Shown here: one piece after another, positions 22,744-35,400 of the stretch | Numbering within the stretch: position 1 is the first letter of the stretch | How the letters are laid out: every line of letters begins with the position of its first letter | From: Fimbriosthenelais zetlandica | Taxonomy: Eukaryota | NCBI GenBank assembly: GCA_977030845.1 | Contig: OZ365110.1 | Coordinates: 30,070,001 to 30,134,000 of the forward strand | DNA length: 64,000 bases | Reading direction: 5' to 3' | Program-made: the position numbers and the translations under genes | Notes under the pieces: model-generated | Database searches by the model: none | What the model saw: the letters and a program-made list of their open reading frames with translations, nothing else | Told to the model about the DNA's origin: nothing

Positions 22744-25700
22744 ATGATTGCCGAGAACGGGACCAGATTACGATCGCAAGGTGGTTCCACAGACATGAAG
22801 TCAGGTAAGTACTGAACAGTTATTGCCATATTTTGATGCAAATATCAGTACACAAGGGAAACGCACATGAGATGCATGGAAAAGTTCTTATCCCAAATTC
22901 TGGCCTTCAATTTTTCGTTATAGAACATATCAATTCCACGAATACTAGGTTCAAAGTTCCATGACATATTATCGTGCGAAGTTACTATCTCGTGTCTGCC
23001 TCAACTGCCTGAAGATAATTAAGATTATTTTGAATATTTTACTAATGATAGGTATACGACGTATTTTCCAAGAAACTATCTCGAATATCCACTAAATTAC
23101 ATTTTGCATACATTAATGCGCATACTATACTATAGAGAACATTTTGAGTTTATACACAGTATAAGAATACAAAAGAATAGGTCATTATTATAGCATGCAG
23201 GCTTGGGAGAAAAGTGAAAAAGGCAGATCTATCTAAATTATAACTAAAGTAGAATCTACTATATATATGGTTTGGTTTTCATTTTGCTATAAACGTGACC
23301 TTAGTACATGTATTCATATTCTCGATAGCATTTTTAATATAAATCATGTCAATCGACTGAGTGATCGAGAAAGATAAGCATATTTATGACCTAAATAAGG
23401 AATCTACTTCATAGTCCTCAAAACCATTATCTCACATCACATCCTCCTGCCTGAATATCCCTATAAAATCACTAGATTAACAGAACGCGTATATAAATAA
23501 AAAATCTGGAGGGAAACGACCATTATTTGCCAAAACGGTGGGCAAACAGGGTTGAAAGAAAGACTTCATAAGTTCACAGTAAACAAGGTAATATATAGGG
23601 GCATATACTTGTTCTCAATTATACGTGTGCTTGTGTGATTACAAACATTATATTTATACATGGCTTTCTTATGGAATAATTTTCTGACCCCAAGTCAAAA
23701 TGTTTGTTTGTTTGTTTGTTGAATCTTAAGGTCAACGACCCTGCATGCTCTTTCTGTATTTATTTTCTACAGCTAAAGGGATTGGAGATCAAACGATGGG
23801 TAGTGCCCAGGTGAAAGCGAAGAAAGGAGAAAGTGGTTCAGTGAGAGATGGAACTGCGATGAAGGGGAAAGGCACAAAAGGAGCACCAATATTGGACGTT
23901 ATCCCTGAGAGGGAACAACTCATACCTGCCTCACAGGCTTTAGAAAACTACAATGACCATGTGGGTAACAAAGAGGAACATGGAGTTGATTTATCATCAA
24001 TCCCTCTTATTGATGAAGAATATTCGGAGGAAATATCCCCAAACGAAGACGGAAATAATAACAATAGTGATCAGGTGTATATACGAGATAACTTCACTAT
24101 TGAAAATGAAATTGACGGTAATGATGTACGACAAACTTTTTCATCGGGTTATTCTTCTCAGGAAGAAGAAAACCAGCACCCTTTTAGTATAGCAAAGGAT
24201 AGTAAAACTACAAAATCAACGTTGAAAGTCCCACATCGTGGACCACAAAATGATGAATTGAAAAGAGTGGCTCGAGAAAGGAGGACATCTGTACAATTTG
24301 CCGACGAGGAAGATTTACCTGGAAAAAAATCACCCACGTCAAGAAACAAGGGGTTACGTCTGTTTATACCTCCACCAAATCAGAGGCGGTCGACACTTGC
24401 TAATGTCTATGAACCCAATGCGTTAAATCTTATGTCGGAGGCGAGAAGGGACAGTATGCCTCCAAATCTACAAAGGACTCAACTTGGACGGTCGAATTCC
24501 AAAAGAATATTCACTGTTGTTAATTATGGAAATGTAGGAAGGGAGGCTTCGGTGACTATCCCAACTGGGAGGGAATCAGTGACAGTGTTGGAGTTGCTGG
24601 AAGATGACCAACCAGGATCCGCAGTACCTTCCATACCAGATTCAGAGATAAGCCAGGATTTTTTGGATGAAAGTAGAGAAATAGTAACGCTAGGAGGAGG
24701 TAGGAAACTGTCTGTTGTACATGTAGATGGTCCAGTATCACCAGAATTATATTTGAAAGATTTTTCTGATGAAGCAGATGAACCAGATAACGTATTTCAT
24801 GACATTGAAATTGAGCAAAGCCAGTACAATGCATCAGGAGGAAAGAAAATCAGACAAACACAAGCTATAGTCAAAAGAGGCAAAGATTATGGCCACAGAA
24901 AGAAGGACAGGCTAGTTAATAAAGATGGTGCTATTAATATATGTCAAGATAAGATATCTTGGAGAAATTACCGCTTCATACTGGATTTGTTTACCACATT
25001 GCTCGATCTACAGTGGCGCTGGGTGTGGGCTATTTTCACTGTTGCTTTTCTGGCCTCATGGTTTGGCTTTGGACTCATATGGTGGGCAATTGCCTGGTTA
25101 CATGGTGATTTTGAGCCACGTACAGGACTTTCTCCACCGGTTTGTGTAGATAATCTCGATGGATTCAAATCAGCCTTGCTTTATTCCATTGAAACCCAGC
25201 ACACCATTGGTTATGGATCAAGAGGTCTAACACCAGAATGCCCCCTAGCGTTTATTGCATTAATCGCCCAGTCTTTACTTGGAGTCATTGTGCAGTGCAT
25301 CATGGCAGGAGTTGTTTTTGCTAAATTAGCAAAACCCAAAAACAGAGCAGAGACTGTTTTGTTTTCTAAGAACGCTAATGTCTGTTTAGAAGACGGAGAT
25401 TATTGTTTGGTGATCAGAGTTGGAGATATGCGCAGGTCACAACTGGTGGGGTGTAACCTCCGTGCATTCCTTGCACGCAGACATGTAACACTGGAAGGAA
25501 GAGAAATACCATTCCATACCTCCCACTTACATGTAGGCTTTTTTCCCCCTTTTATTTTCACCCTTAAATTTGCGTATTTCATTATGCGTATAATGTAGCC
25601 TACATTCCAGCAAACATTCTAGAACATGAATTTATTTTTCCCCGTTTACAAACTTAATGTTTTAATATTAGATTATTATAATTACTTACACCTAATATGA

Positions 25701-26539
25701 CGACATAATTGTCAGATTGTATATTTTGGTCTATTGTATCATTTCAGGTACAAGCAGAATGTGAGGAACACGACCAGTCCCTGTTTTTAGCATGGCCTAC
25801 TCGTATCATTCACCGTATAACCCACGACAGTCCACTGTGGCAGGTTGGAGAAGGGGATCTTTTGAAAGAACAATTTGAAATCATTGTCGTCCTTGAGGCC
25901 ACCATTGAATCATCAGGTGAACTACATAGGCCTATTAGAGTTAGTTCTTGATAATGCATTTAAAAGCATATTACTATTTTAATTTGGTTATTTTTAACGA
26001 CGTATTACACTCGAGGTATTATCATTGCGGAATGTTTAGGCCTAGGCACTACATAATTTTCCTGTGAAATTATCTGTTTTTTTGGTTGCAGGTATGACAA
26101 CACAGATTCGTACATCTTATTTGCCCAGTGAAATAAAATGGGGAGTTACTTTCTTACCTCTCCTAACTCGCCAGAAATCCAACACACAGGTAAGTCCATT
26201 CACTACGTCTAGCATAGCCTAATTAGTTCAGAAAAAGTAGATTTTATCAGTCGATTATTTATTGTGGCGCTTTACAAACTAAAATTCTAATTTTGGGTTT
26301 TCCTCTTTTAGGTGGTAATTGATTACTCAAACTTTAATGAGTCGGAAGACCAGGCCCACATGCCAAAAATAAGTGCGATGATGTACCATCTGAGGGACAG
26401 GCGGCCAGGAACAGGAGGAGGTGGAGGGGGTCTGACACCTCTCCCATTACAATACAGAACTAACTCATGTAGGAGCATATCTGTAAGATCACGAGCTGAA
26501 AGCTGCTACCAGGGCTCAAGATACATGTATGGTCCATAA
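22744..26539 (+). CDS. Inward-rectifier potassium channel (Kir/Irk family); exons 22744-22804, 23773-25532, 25748-25916, 26092-26189, 26312-26539
   Basis: RLVNKDGAINI; M1 DLFTTLLDLQWRW; pore IETQHTIGYG; ECP; M2 followed by AKLAKPKNRAETVLFS; C-terminal [41 protein letters not shown]. Splice phases are consistent. The first exon is less certain (alternative start ATG 23796). Confidence 0.92.
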
Positions 26540-26936
26540 CAGAAATAATTATCGACATCTAGGCCTAAATATAATAGGTCTAGGCTATAGAGGAATATTT
26601 ATAAAATGAACCATGTAAAATGAAAAATAAACAATGTACCGTATTAAAATGTGAAAAAATAATCTTTTTAATTGTTTTATTATGCCTACTTTTAATCTAA
26701 AATAGGGCCTATAGGCCTAGTCTAGGCCTGAGTGCCCAGTGGCAGTGTTGACTGAAGAACTGGGGCAGTCTGGGTCTACCTCTACCGGTACCATAATATA
26801 AAACAAAACCTTACCCGTTATTGTCTCTTTTGTGTCTCTGTATTCTCAATAGGATAAACAATTCTATTCTTGGTTATATTCTGTATGGATTTATATAAAT
26901 AGACAGTGGAGTTGGCGTAGGACTGTCCTTCACAGC

Positions 26937-27149
26937 GCGGGAAAATATCCGCCGCTCGCCGCGCCTGCCTACGTCAAATATCCAAACTAAAAAAACGCGC
27001 CCACCAATCACCGATGAGCTAACATCCACAACTTGGTTGGGCTCTACCAATCAGAAAGCGCCTTATAGCCAAAGTTAATAACACGGTCCGTTACGGAGGG
27101 ATGTTTAAAGGAGACAGCACAGAAAACAGGAGGGAGATAATCATTCAAA
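26937..27149 (+). promoter_or_regulatory. CENPF promoter and non-coding first exon with cell-cycle-type motifs
   Basis: GCGGGAAA (E2F-type, 26937), CCAATCA at 27004 and 27047, CCGTTA (MYB-type, 27088), TTTAAA (CHR-type, 27104), then splice donor GTAAGT at 27150. Confidence 0.6.
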
Positions 27150-28664
27150 GTAAGTTCATTTCCTATTGTTTTGGCTCTTTATTTGGTCTAAATGTTATGG
27201 GTGGTGTAGGTCGTGTGTCAGAGGCTGATGTGTGAGATAGGCTGCCTACGAGTCCTTGTTTTGATCCCTTGGACAGGGATGAAGCGAGCATCGGCGAGCC
27301 CGCGGGATGATCGGCGGTAAAAACATGGACCACTCGGGCCCAGGCTCAGTTAATGCCCGATCGTGTCCCTTCCCCCTATTTTAATGATTTGGTCAATAAA
27401 TGGGATAAGATCATGATATAATACTCCGCTATGAGTTCCTCTCTCTTACCGTTTGACTTTGTTAGATCTAGAACAGAAAGTCTTGATGCTGAGCCTGATT
27501 CTTTGTAACGTTAGTCTGTAGTGTAGACACAGACAGACAGTGTAGTCGAGGTGGAGTCTGGAGATTCTTTAGTCTGCAATGGACAGCCCCAGGCCCAGCT
27601 TGTTTTAGTGTTCACAGACTGATATTAGCGCTAGTTTGTTTGCATTGATATTGGTGGATATGGAAACGGGGTATCTTCACACCAAAACAAAAGACACGTC
27701 ATGATTGTGAAATTGAACTTCAAAGACGGGTCTATCATGATCTATCATGAGTCTAGCCTATATGATCAGCCCCTTCTAGGGTTACACAGGCTCCACCCAG
27801 CGGCCTGTTCTTGGAATAGGGATGGATACTCTATCTATCATGAGTCATGACACCATCCTCGCACCCCCCCACCCCACCCCTTCTGGAAGTTCTGCTTCTC
27901 CTTAATATCTAATCTTAGCAAAGTTATTAAGAGCTGGTAGCCTATTTATTTATTTGTTAGTTTTTTATCCACTTTTCTATTTAGTTTGTTTTTATACACT
28001 TATTTGACGATATTTCTTCTGATGAGGTTTTCAAATATGTTAAGACTTAAGTTGTTTCTTAAATTGTTGCCTCAAATTCAAAGAAGTTAAATCACCATTC
28101 ATTCATTTATTATTCATTCAATCATCAATTAAAAAAATATTGAGGCCATTAGGCATAATCCATTAGGTAACTGCAAATAGATCTGGAGTAGACAGTTAGT
28201 CTAGTTAGGCCTACTGTATGATCAATTTGTATTAATAAATTTAACATATTAACTAACTTCATCAGTTAGGCCTAACCTACACACAGACTCTGTTATTGAC
28301 TAAAGATTACATGCATTTTGTGCAATATACTTAGACAAAATAATTGGTACCGCTAAATTAAATTTAGTGCATAGCCTAGCTCTTAAATCCTATTTTTATT
28401 CTCATTAGGTAGACAGCCTGATCTTTAATCTCGGCCTAATCATTAGGTTAGATTTTTTTTTAACGAATATGAAAACGATGGGTTCAGTAGGCCTACCCGG
28501 TAGATCTATTTTTGTGATTGTTGGTTTGGAGACTTCTATCTACCTCATATGTAGGCCCTACATGAATTTTATATCCCGGGAAAAAATAATCAGATATCGT
28601 ATTTATTTTCTTATTCTGATTGTCTGCGTTTTTTTAGGCCCGTAAAGTCTACACTGACTTCAGG

Positions 28665-31600
28665 ATGAGTTGGGCAGCCTCTGAGTGGAAGGATGGGCTG
28701 CCCCACCGTGCATTACGCAAGATCGAAGAGATTGAAAACTGCTGTGAAAAACTACAGAAAGAACGAAGTCAAAAACAGTTTCAATTTGAGTCTCTTGAAC
28801 AAGTTAGTATTGTTTAATTATTATTTCAGAACTAAAAAGTGATTATTGTACCGGTAGGGCATAATTATATCATGAATATAGCCATTTCATCTTGCATGAC
28901 GTGAAACCAGTATTCTATTTCACGCATTTAGTGAGTATTAAATGAGTTGAAATATCAGAAATTCTAAGAAAGGTTTGTGTGGCCATGTGGTTCATTAGGG
29001 ACAATCTTAAATTTCCATGAGCTGACAAAAGATTTTTCAAATTTTCTCTAGGCTTTAGCGAAACAAAAAAGGAAGACAGAGGAGGGGACACGGGCGCAGG
29101 CTGCGATCCAGCGGGATTTGCAAAGTTTGAGTGAGTCCTGTGACAACCTCGCGAAACAAAGAGAAAAGTGTGAACATGATCTACACGTCCGGGACCAGCG
29201 GATTGCTAACTTGGAGGCTCAACTTAAGCATTCTAGTGGACGAGGAAACCATGGTGAACAGGGCAAGGTGTGTGTTAATTTGATACATTTTGATCATGGG
29301 TGAGACCTCATTGAAGTTGGCCTGTTTTATGGGGTTTTTTAAACTCAAAATAGCCCCCGCAGATTATTTCTTCGGAGCTAATTTCCATATCCCTTGGGTG
29401 TGAAACAGCAAACTTACTCTGTCATTGTTTCTCTCAGAGTCCTCCTCACTCGGACGAGTTGGCAGCCGAGCAGACTGAGAAGATTCGCCAACTCGAGCAG
29501 AAGATCACAGAGCTTCAGAAGTCTAGTCAGTTAGCAGTACCAACTGAGGCGCCTGCCGCAACAGCGCCTGCCGCAACAGCGCCAGCTTTCCCTGGCAAAT
29601 CCTCCTACGCGGGATTTACTTCACAGACCTCCAGACCTGGTGAGATGTCTATCAATAATCGTCAGATGAGCAATCACATTAACACATTTCAAATATGCAA
29701 TCATTGAAGTAATATGTACCTGTAAATGGCTTTCAATTTAAGATACATAAAAAAAGTTCATTTCCCGACGATGTCGGAATGATGTAAATGGGTCTTTTTA
29801 TAGCTTATTATAATGTTGATGTCCATTAAATGAACTTATCTTGTCGTTCTTTGCAGGCGATGATTCATCGCAACAGGTAAGTTGTCTTGCTTATAGATGA
29901 TTCTACATGTGATTTTCTCCGACATTATATGTATACATGTATTGATAGGCCTATATTATAAATCGTAAACGATCACCACTGTTAACATTTTGATAGAAAC
30001 TTTTGATGGATATATTTGTGTACAGATGGCACAGCTGGAACAGAATTATAAGAAGCTGAAGGCTGACATGGAATGTCAACGTCACAACTCAGACGCATCG
30101 CGACAGGCCCTAGAACGCAAGATCAAGGAGAAGGAGCAAGAACATAAATCTGAGCTGTCAATACAGGCTGATACAATCAAAACCATGCAGAGACACCTTG
30201 ATGAGCTAACCAAAAAGTCAGAACAGGATGTTAACAAGGTACTCTATGTTACTTATTACTACCAGGGTAATAGTCATTTCGAATTCATGTATAACTAGTC
30301 ATAATGTTACCAGTAATCATTAATAATCCCATTTCCCCTGCCAGACTAACCTTTAAAAATCCACTAAGCCATTATAATATCATCATGGTATACCCGGGAA
30401 AGTTTTACAAGACAGTCTCACAACTCAATGATTAACCTCGTTAAATCAGGCAGCGTTTATCTTTAGAGATCAAGTATTCAATTGCATTACCAAGAATTCT
30501 GATGATTCATATAGAATATAACTATAGAATTAATTTATAGGAATAGACTGAAGGCAATTATCTACCTCCTGTCCAGGTCGCCAATTACAATCAGCCTAAA
30601 ACCTGTGTACATAACAAATACCCTCTGTGAGAGAAAGATGTGTATTGAGAGGCAGACTAAAAATCATACATGAGTACCAAAAAACACACTTCAAACCTTA
30701 ATATTTACTTAAAAACTTAATATATAAATGTATCTAATGCCTGTTACTCTGTTAAAATAAACTTTGAAATTTAAATATTTCAAAAATTCACTTTTTGACA
30801 TAATTCCTCATGCAAGGACTAAGTGCTTTCCAAACATAGAAAAAGTAAAATCTTTTGTTCTAGGCCCACATAAAGCAACTCCACACCTAAATCCATCTAT
30901 TTGTAATTCCTATTCCACTATGTGTAAAGTGAACATTTTCAAACTTCTGTCTAGACTCTTGTCTCTAAGCAAAGTACTGGTACTTAACTGCAGTAACAAC
31001 ACAGCCTCCAAGCCCTCTATTCTAATCCTCCACTCTTGCACCCACCCACCCACCATTCTGACCTGTTGCCATGGCTACGAGAGAGTTTCCTCCTAGACTT
31101 GACCACAACTTCTTGGTCATACCTCTAAGCATACACACCAGTCAGGGTCTCCCCCTAGACTTGACCACAAACCCCTTGGCTGTATATAATTCTTTTGGAT
31201 AATCACTTATTGTGTCAAAGTAATCAATTTCAGGCTAATGTTTTTAAATATGAGAGAACAGAAACTAAACTCTGGATAGGTATTACAAATTGTAGATGCA
31301 GATATTCTCTATCTTATACTTAACCTAATTCTCTCAGTGCCAGGAGAGGCATATAAGTTTCACTGTTACATGTGGACTCAAATGCTTCAATTACCAGAGA
31401 TGTTTCATGGCTTTCATTCAAAAGAAGCTGAACATTTCATTTTGCAATCAATCTTCTCATTAAATAGAGGCCATTGTTATGATTGACCAGCAGAGTTATT
31501 CACTGAACAGTTCAAATAAAAAATAGGATTAATGAAAGAAAGACTTAGGCAAGTCTCTGTCCAATAATCCTGACCCCCCTGCAAGTGGCCAGTGGAGGGC

Positions 31601-32452
31601 GGGGGGCTGCTGCAGGTGCTACCTTGATCCCCTAGCTCCAAGTGACCTTTGTCTTAAATTTTGTGTATTGAATTGTATATATAGAAAAAATTACTGGACT
31701 GCATAATGCAATACATGTATGCAAAGGTCAATTTTTGTGCTTTTTTTGTCTAGTACATACTAAGCTCTATCTTTAAAAATAAACTTGCCAGAGTGAAAAA
31801 AACATGAAAATATTGACCAAAATGGAAAATATTAAAAAAATCATAACAAATCAACTTATCAGTGTAATACATAATGCAATATAGGTATCAACAGGTCTTT
31901 TTATGTAGTTTAATTCATCTAATTCATTTTAAGCTTTATCTTTAATAATAAACTTGCTGGATTGAATAAACTGAAAATATTGGGTTAATTAGATTTTACA
32001 TCAATGTGACGTCATTTACGTCACATGGGTCTTCACCAAAAACTATTTTTCAGATACGCCCCACCCAAAGGATTCTTATTAACCAAGTGTAATCAATTTC
32101 TAACATTTTTTAATTGGGAAGAAATGGCATTTGAGAGATTTCATACCCCTGACCTAATTACACATAACTAATTAGGTCAAAGGTCAAATATGTAGGTCAA
32201 CTTATAGTCCATCATGTATCTTTACACTACATACCATTCATCTTATTCTAGATCCGCATGGGTCCAAAAAAATTACAATCAAATTTTACCAATTTGGCTG
32301 GTTTGGTGACGTCATATGACGTCATGTGATGACGTATGACATCCATTCATCACATGTGACCACTCCTTACTATGGTCTACAATATGTGTGAAAACCAGAT
32401 TCCTAGCTCTAATATAAACCCGTTTTTCATCAAAAGTCTAACTACAACATTA

Positions 32453-32488
<36 letters not shown>

Positions 32489-35400
32489 ATAGTGTAGAAC
32501 AACGAGCACAAAATCTAAAACCCCATTTTCCCCATAAAGGGGAAATGGGATTAATTACCACTCGCTCCCATTGCTGTCGTTAATTTTGCTAGGTCAATTT
32601 GAATTTTGATAGTTTATAAAATAAATTTATAAGGATGCCCATGGTACCGGTATAAGCTAAGGCGACTACGATATAGTTCATCATTAATTTTAGTCTTTAT
32701 GGTTTCATTAAATATACTGTTTTAAATTCTGTCAATGATCAATCGTTTTTTACAGCTCGTCAACCTTGAGCCACTCCTAAAGAGCCGAACAGCAGAAGTG
32801 GAAGCACTCAAATTGGAGCTGAAGTAAGACCTTCTTTTCGTTACTTATTTTGAGGGGGATCCTAAAACATTATATTAATTTAAAATGTGCACATAGAGAA
32901 CATAATATATTTTGAATCAAATCCGAATTTATGTAATGTTTCTTACCAGTTTCAGGCTATTTTAATTGATTGTTCCTGGTTGAATTTTGATTGAACGCAG
33001 GTATTTACTGTGTCAGGGCTACTCATATCACTGATCTGTGATCTTATTTACAGGCAGGTGTCTAATGCTAAATCTGATATGGAGACTTCCCGTTTGAAGC
33101 TGGAGGAAAAAATAACCAGTCTAACCGCCTCCAGTCAAGAGATCCAGAAACAACTCACTGCCCAGCGCACTGTCCTCGAGAAGGAGTATGCGGAGAAACA
33201 GGAAGCCCGGGATGCTGAAAGTCGGGGAGAAATAGCAATACTGCAGTCCATGGTGAGCACTCTTCTTCATACATCGTGAAGTAATTAAGAAAGGCAATTA
33301 TATATACAGATAAAATGAATTCCCTAAAGTCCGGATCACCCTGCTTCAAATGCTTTAGATTAGGGTTCCCGCGCTGCATTAAAAAGTCTTTAATTGGTTC
33401 TGGAAAATTTAAGGCCTTAAAACGTCCTCGGCCTTTTTGGTTTATATCAAAGTCTTAAAAAAAGTCTTCTAAAAATGCTGACTATACTACTGGCGATTTG
33501 ATTGGCAATTTTGCCGGCTACTAATTTATCGTCCGAAAGTATGGATTTTAGGTCTTAAAAATAAAGATCATAGGTCTTAAGTTTTATCATCTCAGAACCG
33601 CAGGAACCCTGTAGATGCTTTCCAGATTGATTGCCCCTTCAATAATTCTTGTGATATTATATATGGATGTGTAGTAAATTTGTGTTATCTTTAGGTTGAC
33701 TCATCTAACGAGGAATTAATGGCAGTTCAGAGTGAGCTTAGTGAAGTGCGGCAGGAATCTGAAAATGCCAGACTGAGTATGAACACCAAGGTAAATGCGC
33801 TGGAAGCGGAGAAAAAACATGCCGACACAGAAATGAATCAACTAAACACTCAGATGTCAACAACGACAGCCAAGTTGGACGACATGACAGCTCAACTCAA
33901 GCAAGCCCAGGAAAAACAACAACAGATGCTTCAGGAATTAGAGGAGAAACGTAGCAGCATGGCGGCCATGAAGGCCGAAATTACAGCTCTGACCGAAAGC
34001 AAGCAGAGACTATGTGGTGATCTGGAAGAGCAGAGAGTAGCTGGGAAAGAGGAGAGCAAACTACACAACGAGTATAAAGAGAAGACCGAGAATGTGGTGG
34101 CCAATCTGAGGGATGAGTTGAAGAAGCTGGAGGCTGAGAAACATGCCCTCAACCAAGAGGAACTCAAGCTCAACCAGTCTCTAGGACAGAAGGACGAACT
34201 CATTGGACACCAAGAGGCTCAGTTACATGAAAAAGACCGGCAAGTTGAACTGAGGAAACAGGAATTAGAGCAAATCACAGAGGATTTCAATGGTGCAAAA
34301 TCTCAGCTTAACACTCTAAACACTGAGAAGGCTTTGGTTGAGGGCAAGCTTGTCAGTGCCATAGATGAGATTGAGAAATTCAAATTAGAGGCAAAGGAGT
34401 CGGCCTGCAAGTTTGAAGGTTTGATAAATGAACTTCGATCTCAACTGGAGAATTCAGAACAAGAGAAGGACAAGGCCATGAAAGATGTCAGTATGCTCCA
34501 CGCCCAGCTGGAAGCAAGCCAAGAAAATATTGACAAGCTGAACAACTCATTAAAAGATAGTGAAGAGAAAAGTAACCTAAGGACACAAGAGAGTGATCAA
34601 CTGAAAATTGAGCTCGATGAATCGCAAACTTTGATCAGTAATCTCCTAAAGAATTTGGATGAAGTACAGAAAAAGTTGGATGATTTAGAGATCACTAACA
34701 AAGACCTGAGCTCCAAGATGGCTGACGCCAGTTTAAAATCTGAGAATATAACCACAGAATTGAGACAGGAAGGTGATCTCCTGAGAGAACAGAAATCAAG
34801 CCTCGAGAAGGAAAAGTGTGAACTATGTGAGAAGCTGAAGATGAAGGAAGATGAACTTGAGAGAACACGACTGGAGGTGGAGGAGGTGAGACAGCAGGCA
34901 ACCCTGGCCAACCAGGAACGTGAAAACCTGAAAACAGAAAGTACAACATTGACAGAGCAACTATCCCATCTACAGCAGACCAAAGCAGTAGTTGATGCTC
35001 AGTTGGAGGAAAAAATAGATGCCCTAAGTGAAGAAAAGAGAGAAAGTTGTGAATTTAGAACTAAAACAGAAGCTCTCATTGCAAATCTAAGAGATCAAAT
35101 ACAATGTTTAGAGACAAACAAGGTAACTGCAGATTCGGAGAACAAGAAATTATCTGAAGACTTAATTCAGAAGGAAAAATTCAATGAAGATGTCATGAAA
35201 AACCTCCAGGAATTGTCTGAGAAAAAGGACCAATTGCTTCAAGATATATCTGAGCAGAGGTCATTAGTAGAAAGACTGCAGGAGCAGGTATCAACCCTGA
35301 CTGCTGATAAAGACAGCCTGGAAGGCCAGCTTGAGTCAAAATCTGATCATCTCACCCAGACTGAGAACCAATTCCAGGAATATAGAAAGAAATCAGAGGA

